Shown: positions 56,168-64,000 of the stretch, in pieces | Layout of the letters: the number at the start of each line of letters is the position of its first letter | Numbering within the stretch: the stretch's first letter is position 1 | Assembly: GCA_963706575.1 (NCBI GenBank) | Contig: CAVPNL010000009.1 | Location: 128,001-192,000, forward strand | Reading direction: 5' to 3' | Length of the DNA: 64,000 nt | From: an uncultured delta proteobacterium | GTDB taxonomy: Bacteria; Desulfobacterota; Desulfobacteria; Desulfobacterales; JAHEIW01 | The notes under the pieces: model-generated | Told to the model about the DNA's origin: nothing | The model's database searches: none | What the model saw: the letters and a program-made list of their open reading frames with translations, nothing else | Position numbers and translations under genes: made by a program

Positions 56168-57187
56168 TTAATATTTTTGGGTCACTTTTTCAAGCAGCTG
56201 GCGATAGTAAACATAATTTTCAAACGGCACATCGGCGCGCACGCGACCGTCGGCCAGCGGTATGAAGCCGCCCTCTGCAATTAACGGAGGCACCTTTTCT
56301 TCGATCTCCTGCCGGATGGCCGTTTTGTCCTTACGCAGCGCGTCCAGATCGATGCCGCCGATCAGACGCAGATCACGGCCGAATTCCTTGCGCAGGCTGC
56401 GGTAATCCATGGCATCGATGTTAACTTCACAGGCCCACAGGCAGTTAAACCCCCATTTGAGGATGCCGGGGATCAGAATTCTGGCATTGGCAAAAGTTTG
56501 AAAGCAAACGGTTTCCACCTTATGGCGCTGGATTACATCCAAAATGGGCTCATAATTTTTCAGTATAAATTCTTCATACATCTTTGGAGAAATTAAGGGT
56601 CGATCGTTTCCGCCGATGGGTTCGCTGAAAACCACTGCATCGACTTGTACCTCCTGCAGGATCCGATCGGTTAAACGCGCCGCAAATTCGCCCTGGATTT
56701 GCATTCTTTTGCGAACCACATCCGGCTGGTCCATCAGCAACGTCATTACGTTTGTAAAATTGTCCCAATTGCGCACGCCCATGGTCAGAAAAAACCCGCG
56801 GTGAACATAGAGCATCAGCACATGTTCTCTGGATTGCCAGGCGCGGACCCGCCGGGGCCATCGATTGGGAAGCCGCTTTTTGTCGGAAGGATTCAGGCGG
56901 CGGGAAAATTTTTTTAAATCCGTAATTTTATCGCGTCTGGCGAGGAACTTGGGACGGGGTTCCAGGTCCACTTCGATTCGTTCCCGGTGATCGGAAGGAA
57001 ACAGGGTTGCAAGATCGGTATCTTTGGCCAGTCCCTGTGTCCGCCATGCGCGCAGCACATCTTTGCGGATGCCCTCTTCAAAATAAGGGACGCGGTCCGG
57101 TGTCCCGTAGCACATGGTTTGCCTGAAGCGCTCACGGCTGGACATCTTTTCCCTTATTGGCTGTGGATTCATTTTTCCGGTAACCAA
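56168..57187 (-). CDS. Uroporphyrinogen decarboxylase (URO-D)-like family protein
   Basis: MSSRERF...PDRVP, PLISPKMYEEF, LRKEFG.DLRLIGGID, GGFIP. Confidence 0.85.
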   Translation of the reverse strand: MVTGKMNPQPIREKMSSRERFRQTMCYGTPDRVPYFEEGIRKDVLRAWRTQGLAKDTDLATLFPSDHRERIEVDLEPRPKFLARRDKITDLKKFSRRLNPSDKKRLPNRWPRRVRAWQSREHVLMLYVHRGFFLTMGVRNWDNFTNVMTLLMDQPDVVRKRMQIQGEFAARLTDRILQEVQVDAVVFSEPIGGNDRPLISPKMYEEFILKNYEPILDVIQRHKVETVCFQTFANARILIPGILKWGFNCLWACEVNIDAMDYRSLRKEFGRDLRLIGGIDLDALRKDKTAIRQEIEEKVPPLIAEGGFIPLADGRVRADVPFENYVYYRQLLEKVTQKY

Positions 57188-57340
57188 TAGTATTTTTTGT
57201 TAAAAGCGCATGGTGGCAAAACAGAGAATGGTCGCTCAAATATAAAGGGTTCGTATAGACCTGTCAATAAAGCGATTTTGACACACTGCTATTCCATGGT
57301 TAGAAAATAGATATCTATTCAATCTGAGAGGATCAACATC

Positions 57341-58258
57341 ATGCTTGCCCTTTCGACATCCTGGCAGTCAGGTGAATCGGTAACTGCCGAAGCAATGCTT
57401 GCAGCTTTGAAAAATCTTGAGATCACCGGAATTGAGCTTAGCTATCGTATTTCGGAAGATCTCTATCATGAGATCAAGAATCCGCTCAAGCATTCCGGGT
57501 TAAAGGTCGTTAGCGTCCATAATTATTTCCCGATTCCTTCTGTCAAATCGGGTTCAAAAGGAAGCGGAGATCTGTTTCTACTTTCAAGCCCCCAAAAGGA
57601 GGAGCGTCAAAATGCAATTCGATTTACAACGAGAAGCATTGAATATGCGGCTGAGATGGGCGCTGCGGCGGTGGTATTGCATTGCGGGGTTGTGGAAATG
57701 AATCACGAAATGCAAATGCTTTATCGATACTTTAATTCGAATCGAATTGATTCAGAAGACGCTCAAATCTTTATTCGCAATAAATTAAAGGAGCGGGATA
57801 CTCGTCAGCCCAAGCATATGGACAGTTTACTGGCCAGCCTGGATTGTCTGATACCCGTTGCTGAAAAACAGGGCGTGATGCTGGGGCTGGAAAATCGGTA
57901 TCATTACCATGAACTGCCCGGGTTGGATGATTTTGAAGTTATCTTTGATACATTTAAAGACGCGCCCATCGGTTACTGGCACGACACCGGCCATGCCCAT
58001 GCCAATGAAAGCCTCGGCATGATCCCCAGGGGTTCATTATTGCAGGCCTATACCACTCAGCTCATCGGTGTTCATCTTCATGATGCCGTCGGCCTTGATG
58101 ATCACATGCCACCGGGCAGCGGCGAGATCGATTTTGCGGCCCTAAAACCGTTCCTTAAAGCCGATACCATTAAAGTTATTGAAGTTAAGCCGGGAATACC
58201 GGCTTCAGAAGTATCAGAAGGGATTCGGTTTTTCCGTGAAAAATTGTCAGCAGCTTAA
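57341..58258 (+). CDS. Sugar phosphate isomerase/epimerase-like TIM barrel (AP endonuclease 2 family)
   Basis: GIELS, SVHNY, VVLHCG, LENR, WHDTGHA, VHLHD, DHMPPGSGEIDF. Confidence 0.85.
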   Translation: MLALSTSWQSGESVTAEAMLAALKNLEITGIELSYRISEDLYHEIKNPLKHSGLKVVSVHNYFPIPSVKSGSKGSGDLFLLSSPQKEERQNAIRFTTRSIEYAAEMGAAAVVLHCGVVEMNHEMQMLYRYFNSNRIDSEDAQIFIRNKLKERDTRQPKHMDSLLASLDCLIPVAEKQGVMLGLENRYHYHELPGLDDFEVIFDTFKDAPIGYWHDTGHAHANESLGMIPRGSLLQAYTTQLIGVHLHDAVGLDDHMPPGSGEIDFAALKPFLKADTIKVIEVKPGIPASEVSEGIRFFREKLSAA

Positions 58259-58527
58259 ACTTGCGCCTCAGATAGCGTTTGGGTTCCAAGGATTGATAAC
58301 AAGTTTTATTGACTTTGCTGATCCTATTTAATAAATATGTTTCCATCTGAAGGCACGTCTGATCAGAATTGTAAAATCGACTTTGATCTCAAACCTTGAC
58401 CGGCCTTCATTCTGAACCGCAGCAGATTTTGTGCTACCTCCAGAGTAAATAATCACTTTAATTTGCTTTAAAAACTTTCATGAAATTCACAGATTTTTAA
58501 TCCGTAAAACATAAATGGAGGTCAATT

Positions 58528-59292
58528 ATGAAAAAGTTTTTTCTAATAGCGGCCTCAATGGTTTTGCTCACAGGCCAATCTGTCCTATCAGTAGAGTTGA
58601 CTATCTTAACCGAAAATATGCCTCCTTTAAATTATGTGGAAAACGGTGTCTTGGTTGGTCCTTCTGTGGAGATCGTGAAAGAAATTCAGAGAAGGGTCGG
58701 CTCTCAGGAGCAAATCCAGGTTTATCCCTGGGCAAGAGCATACAAAATGGCTCTGGAAGACGAAAATGTTATTTTGTTTGGGATGACGTATACCAAAGTA
58801 CGCGAAGATAAATTTAAATGGGTCGGACCGTTAGCGACGAAAAGAGACATTCTTGTCGCTCAAAAGGGCTCAGGTATCAAAGTTAAAGATCTGGAAGATG
58901 CCAAAAAAGTAAAACGCATTGGCACACTTAGAGATGATACAAGAGGGCGTTTACTCGAAAGGCATGGGTTTAATAATCTTGAACCTGTTTCGGATGAACA
59001 ATTAAATGCGAAAAAGCTTGCTCTCGGTCGTATAGACTTATGGGCCTATAAAATACCGGGTCTAAGAACGGTTTGTGATCTGGCCGGAGTTGATTACACC
59101 AAATTTGAGGAGGTCTATCACCTGCGGGAAATTGATCTTATGATTGCTTTTTCAAAGAAGACGTCGGATTCAATTGTTCAAAAGTGGAGAGACGCTTTTA
59201 ATGAAATGTTAGCGGATGGCACCATCATGAAAATTCGAAAAAAATGGAATTTGAAATTGGAAGATGATCCATTTCCAGAGATTAAAGACTAA
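58528..59292 (+). CDS. Periplasmic substrate-binding protein (family 3-like)
   Basis: Signal peptide, TENMPPLNY, YPWARA, R...FKWVGPL, GRIDLW, AFSK. Confidence 0.88.
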   Translation: MKKFFLIAASMVLLTGQSVLSVELTILTENMPPLNYVENGVLVGPSVEIVKEIQRRVGSQEQIQVYPWARAYKMALEDENVILFGMTYTKVREDKFKWVGPLATKRDILVAQKGSGIKVKDLEDAKKVKRIGTLRDDTRGRLLERHGFNNLEPVSDEQLNAKKLALGRIDLWAYKIPGLRTVCDLAGVDYTKFEEVYHLREIDLMIAFSKKTSDSIVQKWRDAFNEMLADGTIMKIRKKWNLKLEDDPFPEIKD

Positions 59293-59364
59293 AGCACACC
59301 AATTGCTCTAGCCCATAACCCAGACCTCGCCAATAAGTGCTGACGCATTACGTCATAAAGGATC

Positions 59365-61422
59365 GTGTCCATGCAGCAAGCCTCCTCGTCGAAAACCTCT
59401 CCTAAAGTCAGCAGCATCAGCCGGCGATTTAGTTATGCCTTGATCGGCATCATTACCTTATTGCTAATCGCTTTTGCTGCGGTTGTTATCTTCTTTAATA
59501 TCAGCAGAATGGAGAAGTGGATGGAAATGCGGTTAGACAACGCCATCATGTTTGCACAGAATAGTCTGCCCCTACCGCTTTGGAATATGGACTATACGGT
59601 TGTCAATGATTTTGTTGAAGCCTTATTTTTAGATGAATCAATTGTTTATTCAAAGATATCGTGGAAAGATCAGCTAATCACTGAGAAAAAACGTCCTGGT
59701 TTTCAACTCAAAAAAATTAAATTGGAAACACCCCTGAAATCGTTAAAAGGCCCTGATCTGATCGCTAAATCATCGAATATTTACTTTAAGGACAGCGTTA
59801 TTAGTGAAATTTTAATTGTGATGTCCCGCGAACAAGTGAAAAAACAGGTGCTTTTTCAAATTTATAGCACGATTGCCTTGTTAATCCTTATTATTGCAGC
59901 AATTTGGCTCACATCCATCTTCATCACCAGACGGTATATCTCTTCCCCATTACTGAAATTACAGGAATCAGCGTCAATGATCGCCCGGGGTGATTTGGAC
60001 ACGTTTGTTGATAAAAGCAGTAGTGACGAGATCGGAACACTGGCGCAGCATCTGGATGTCATGCGTGGGTCGATCAAGCGGTTATTCGCCGAACTTCGTG
60101 AGAGCAAGGGGAAACTGGAAGAGTACAGCCGAACCCTGGAACAGAAGGTCGAAGTGCGCACCCGCAAACTGGCGCGGTCAGTGGAAGAGCTAAAAGCCCT
60201 CGGGGAGGTCAGTCAGGCGGTCAGCTCTACCCTTGATCTGGAGATGGTGTTGACAAGCATCGTTCGACACGCGGTGCAGCTATCAAAGACTGATACCGGA
60301 ACGATTTACGAGTTCGACGAAGCAGAGGGTGTATTTCTGCCGAGCATAAACTACGGCGCACCTGCGGAGTATGTTGAAGCGCTGCGCGAGTCGAGAATGC
60401 GTGTGGGGGATCGAACGGTTATCGGCCAGGCCGCTATAAAGCGCGCCCCGGATCAGATTCCGGATCTTGCAGATGTACCGGATTACCCCCTCCCTTACGT
60501 TCAGCAAGCGGGCTATCGAGCGCTGCTCGCATTGCCGCTGCTGCGTGAAGACCGTCTCATTGGTGGGCTGGTTGTAAGGCGCAAAGCAGCTGGAGAATTC
60601 CCTACCCCGGTGGTGGACTTGTTGCAGACTTTTGCGGCACAGTCGGTGCTTGCCATCCACAACGCGCGGCTTTTCCGTGAGATCGAGGAGAAGGGGCGCG
60701 AGCTCGAGAGCGCCAACCAACACAAGTCCGAATTCCTCGCCAACATGAGCCACGAACTGAGAACCCCGCTGAATGCCATTTTGGGCTATACGGAGCTGAT
60801 CCTTGACAACATTTACGGTGATGTACCGGAGAAAATCCAGGAGGTTCTTGAACGGTTAGAAAAAAATGGCCGCCATCTCCTAAACCTGATCAATGATGTT
60901 CTCGATCTTTCCAAGATCGAAGCGGGCCAGCTAACCCTTTCTCTCAATGAATATTCGATGGGAGATGTGATTCAAACGGTTTTTACCTCGGTGGAGGCAT
61001 TGGCAGCTGAAAAGGATCTGGATTTGAAAGTCGAGGTTTCCAAAGATCTAACGATCGGCAAAGGAGACGAACAACGCATTGCCCAGGTGATATTAAATCT
61101 GGTCGGAAACGCGATCAAATTTACCGATGAGGGGGAGGTTAAAATCGAGGTAACTGTATCTAACGAAACGTTTTTAGTCTCTGTGCATGATACCGGCCCT
61201 GGAGTTACGGAAGCCGACCAACAGAAGATCTTTGATGAATTCCAGCAGGCCGACGGATCCAGTACCCGCAAAAAGGGCGGAACCGGTCTGGGTCTCTCCA
61301 TTTCCAAAAAAATAATCGATATGCACGGAGGCCGTATCTGGGTAGAGTCAACTCTCGGGAAAGGCTCGACTTTTCGGTTCACACTGCCGATTCGAGTCGA
61401 AAAGCAAAGGAAGCAAGCATGA
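59365..61422 (+). CDS. Sensor histidine kinase (2 TM, HAMP, GAF, HisKA, HATPase)
   Basis: SDEIG, FLANMSHELRTPLNAI, NLVGNAIKFT, DTGPG, GGTGLGL. Confidence 0.95.
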   Translation: MSMQQASSSKTSPKVSSISRRFSYALIGIITLLLIAFAAVVIFFNISRMEKWMEMRLDNAIMFAQNSLPLPLWNMDYTVVNDFVEALFLDESIVYSKISWKDQLITEKKRPGFQLKKIKLETPLKSLKGPDLIAKSSNIYFKDSVISEILIVMSREQVKKQVLFQIYSTIALLILIIAAIWLTSIFITRRYISSPLLKLQESASMIARGDLDTFVDKSSSDEIGTLAQHLDVMRGSIKRLFAELRESKGKLEEYSRTLEQKVEVRTRKLARSVEELKALGEVSQAVSSTLDLEMVLTSIVRHAVQLSKTDTGTIYEFDEAEGVFLPSINYGAPAEYVEALRESRMRVGDRTVIGQAAIKRAPDQIPDLADVPDYPLPYVQQAGYRALLALPLLREDRLIGGLVVRRKAAGEFPTPVVDLLQTFAAQSVLAIHNARLFREIEEKGRELESANQHKSEFLANMSHELRTPLNAILGYTELILDNIYGDVPEKIQEVLERLEKNGRHLLNLINDVLDLSKIEAGQLTLSLNEYSMGDVIQTVFTSVEALAAEKDLDLKVEVSKDLTIGKGDEQRIAQVILNLVGNAIKFTDEGEVKIEVTVSNETFLVSVHDTGPGVTEADQQKIFDEFQQADGSSTRKKGGTGLGLSISKKIIDMHGGRIWVESTLGKGSTFRFTLPIRVEKQRKQA

Positions 61423-61784
61423 GTCAGCTGATTTTAGTTATTGAAGATCAGGAAGACAACCGGCGGATCATGCGGGATCTTCTCACAAGCGCCGGCTATG
61501 AGATAATCGAGGCGCTTACCGGTGAAGAGGGCGTCGCCGCGGCCGAGACCCATCGTCCGGCTCTGATCCTGATGGATATTCAACTGCCCGATTTTGACGG
61601 ATACGAAGCGACCCGGCGGATCAAAGCCAACCCTGCCTTGAGCGCTATCCCGATCTTTGCAGTTACCTCGTATGCACTTAGCGGCGATGATGTCAAAGCA
61701 TATGAGGCCGGCTGCGATGCATATGTCTCGAAACCGTTTAGTCCGCGGGCGCTCCTGGCAAAGATCCGTGAATTCATATCATAG
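61419..61784 (+). CDS. Single-domain response regulator (DivK-like)
   Basis: ILVIED, LILMDIQLP..DG, VTSYA, SKP. Overlaps the HK stop (ATGA). Confidence 0.93.
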   Translation: MSQLILVIEDQEDNRRIMRDLLTSAGYEIIEALTGEEGVAAAETHRPALILMDIQLPDFDGYEATRRIKANPALSAIPIFAVTSYALSGDDVKAYEAGCDAYVSKPFSPRALLAKIREFIS

Positions 61785-61806
61785 ATGATTTTTTCAAGAG
61801 GAAATA

Positions 61807-62940
61807 ATGCGAACACCACCATTAATTCTCATTGTGGATGATAATCCCGCCAACGTAGAAATTTTCCAGGCACGCCTGGCCGCCAACAACTACGAAATCA
61901 TCACGGCATCAGACGGCGAAGAGGGGTTGGCTATGGCGAAAGACCGTTTGCCGGATCTGATTCTGCTGGACATCATGATGCCTAAAATGGATGGTATTGA
62001 AGTCTGCCGGCATCTCAGGGCGGATTCCGCCCTGCCGTTTATGCCCATCATCATGGTTACGGCCAAAACGGATTCAAAAGACATCGTCGCCGGTCTCGAG
62101 GCCGGGGCCGACGAATACCTAACCAAGCCCGTGGATCATGCCGCACTGGTCGCCAGGGTGAAGTCGATGCTGCGGATTAAGTCGTTGCATGATACAGTCC
62201 TTGAGCAGTCCGCTCAGCTTCAAGCTCAACTTGAGACCGCTACCAAGGTTCAATCGCTATTTTGGCCGGATATTCCGGAGTTAACCGGTGGGAGTCATAT
62301 CTGGGCGACGGCTGTTCCGGCCGGCTATGTCAGTGGCGATTTGTACGATGTAATTCCCCTGCCGGACGGCAGTTTATTGGCATATGTCGCCGATGTCTCC
62401 GATAAAGGCGTTCCTGCTGCTCTGGTTATGGCTGCCTTGTCAACCAGAATCCGCAGTGAAGCACAAAATCATTACGAGATAGACACGCTTCTTGAAACTG
62501 TAAACAACAGGTTGCACAGCCTGACCTCTGAAGAAGGATTTTTTGCTACCATCGTTCTGGCCAGGTATTGGCCCCATAACGGAAAAATGCAACTTGCGCT
62601 TGCGGGCCATTTACAGCCGTTGTGGATCGCCGAAAGCGGAATTGGCAATTGTCCCCAGATCAATGGAATATCATTGGGTATCACACCGGATGTCCGTTAC
62701 GAGAAGAAGGAAATTTTGCTCTCTCCCGGGGAATCGATTCTCTTTTTTAGCGATGGCGTTATCGAAGCTGAGAATGAAGATAAAGAGCTTTTTGGCAATG
62801 AGCGCCTGGTGGCCTTTATAAAAGATGCAAAAGCCCCCCCTCGGGGCAAGGGATTGTTGGATTTCATATTCAATTGGCGTGGGAATTCGAGTGCCAGTGA
62901 CGATTTAACCATATTGGAGATCTGGCGTAATCCAGACTAA
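61807..62940 (+). CDS. Response regulator receiver + PP2C/SpoIIE phosphatase
   Basis: LIVDD, LLDIMMP, TKP; SGDLYD, ADVSDKG, AGH, SDGVIE, DDLT. Confidence 0.93.
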   Translation: MRTPPLILIVDDNPANVEIFQARLAANNYEIITASDGEEGLAMAKDRLPDLILLDIMMPKMDGIEVCRHLRADSALPFMPIIMVTAKTDSKDIVAGLEAGADEYLTKPVDHAALVARVKSMLRIKSLHDTVLEQSAQLQAQLETATKVQSLFWPDIPELTGGSHIWATAVPAGYVSGDLYDVIPLPDGSLLAYVADVSDKGVPAALVMAALSTRIRSEAQNHYEIDTLLETVNNRLHSLTSEEGFFATIVLARYWPHNGKMQLALAGHLQPLWIAESGIGNCPQINGISLGITPDVRYEKKEILLSPGESILFFSDGVIEAENEDKELFGNERLVAFIKDAKAPPRGKGLLDFIFNWRGNSSASDDLTILEIWRNPD

Positions 62941-62973
62941 AACTTATCTATGAAATTTAATTCATTATAACAG

Positions 62974-63972
62974 TTAAGTCATCATTCTTTCATACCACTG
63001 CGTTTTAGCATACACCTCAAACCCCACCGATTCATAAAGGGAGCATGCAGCCGGGTTTTGACTGTCCACCGTCAGTTCGACGATATCGACACCTTTGGCT
63101 TTAAGGTCATTCAATCCATTCAGCAATATGGTCCTGCCGATTTCCTGCTGGCGATACTGCGGATCGACCCCCAGCATATGGATCAAGCCTTTGCCTTTTT
63201 TTCTTTTCTCATTCTCTGCGGCATCTATAATGGTCCAGCAATATCCAACCGGTAGATCGCCCAGGTAGGTTAAAATAACATCATCCGGTGAACGGCCGTG
63301 CATATTCAGCCGATAGGCAATTTCTTCCTCGGTGTTGGGATTGAACCCCCAACTGTCGGCAAAGCAGCGGTTCTGGATTTCGGTTAGAAGATTTTCTTCA
63401 CCTTGCTTTAGCCTGCGGCTGTTCGCGGCACCCGGCCTGGCTGCCGGCAGCCGGACGCTGTTAATATCCAGCCGCATTTCAAAGAAGTGGCGGATGAAAG
63501 TAAATGTGAGGTGGCTCAGGAGACCTTTGGCGGAAGCGTTGGTTTCTAAAACACTGATCTGGGCTGACGTTATACCGGATTTGCTGATGCGTTGCAGGCC
63601 GCTTGAGAAAAGTTTAGTTGCGATTCCTTTGTGGCGATGGAGCGGGTGAACCAAACCGTCCAGCAAAGCACGCTGAATTCCAGGCTCGAGGGTAACGCTG
63701 AGGCAGCCGGCAAGGTTTCCACTTAATTCGGCGACGAATAAATCCGTTTCAGGTGCAAAGTTTGGTCTTGCCAGAATATCTGACAGCCCCTGTGGAGAGA
63801 TGAAGCGCCCTAAAGGCTCAAGCTGTTCAGATTCGACATGTAGCTGAACGTATTTTTCAAAGTCGTTGGAGGAATAGTTCCGGATGATGTAAGATCTGTC
63901 AGCCATTTTTTTCAAACCCATTCGCTTGCTATTGGTGAAAGTGGTTTTATTTTTAAATTTTAAAACGCTCAA
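62974..63972 (-). CDS. Tandem GNAT acetyltransferase (MshD-like architecture)
   Basis: VHPLHRHKGIA and GVDPQYRQQEIGR acetyl-CoA motifs, N..A..LYESVGF, FADSWGF. Start may be 63906. Confidence 0.85.
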   Translation of the reverse strand: MSVLKFKNKTTFTNSKRMGLKKMADRSYIIRNYSSNDFEKYVQLHVESEQLEPLGRFISPQGLSDILARPNFAPETDLFVAELSGNLAGCLSVTLEPGIQRALLDGLVHPLHRHKGIATKLFSSGLQRISKSGITSAQISVLETNASAKGLLSHLTFTFIRHFFEMRLDINSVRLPAARPGAANSRRLKQGEENLLTEIQNRCFADSWGFNPNTEEEIAYRLNMHGRSPDDVILTYLGDLPVGYCWTIIDAAENEKRKKGKGLIHMLGVDPQYRQQEIGRTILLNGLNDLKAKGVDIVELTVDSQNPAACSLYESVGFEVYAKTQWYERMMT

Positions 63973-64000
63973 TTTAGCTTTAAATGTAATCCTTAATACC

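Noticed and set aside
54057..56265. Short ORFs at 54057-54269, 54064-54252, 55937-56125 and 56056-56265
   Set aside because: They lie mostly within MITE/REP-like elements and have no protein features.
1..64000. CRISPR array, tRNA, rRNA, prophage, integron or intact transposase
   Set aside because: No regularly spaced identical repeats with unique spacers, no cloverleaf or rRNA signatures, and no integrase, transposase or phage motifs were recognised. The repeats present are short, degenerate and dispersed.
1..64000. Selenocysteine or pyrrolysine readthrough
   Set aside because: No gene shows an in-frame TGA/TAG followed by continued family homology. The two broken genes are frameshifts.

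Overview
A 64 kb bacterial chromosomal window with about 50 CDS. The gene repertoire and intergenic repeats suggest an anaerobic Desulfobacterota/Desulfobacterales-like deltaproteobacterium (inference, not a database result). I found no rRNA, tRNA, CRISPR array, prophage or intact transposase. It encodes envelope and protein quality control (DegQ, two SppA, DnaK, Hsp20, two unusual multidomain membrane proteases), signalling (PP2C phosphatases, PilZ proteins, FlgM, an SBP-HK-RR-RR/PP2C module) and catabolic enzymes. Highlights: (1) a 600-aa putative TIM-barrel + B12-binding enzyme of no class I recognise, translationally coupled to a divergent pyrroline-5-carboxylate reductase, with a HOGA-like aldolase and a fused GlcD-GlcE/GlcF about 6-11 kb away; this is a candidate B12-radical route for hydroxyproline-type imino acids. 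(2) A split acyl-CoA mutase with non-canonical specificity residues. (3) A candidate sigma54-driven sRNA with enhancer-like palindromes and a terminator. (4) Nested intergenic repeats, including 24-35 nt hairpin inserts found at different sites in homologous host repeats. Two genes carry apparent 1-nt frameshifts and two gene remnants lie in spacers. All functional calls come from motif recognition by eye.
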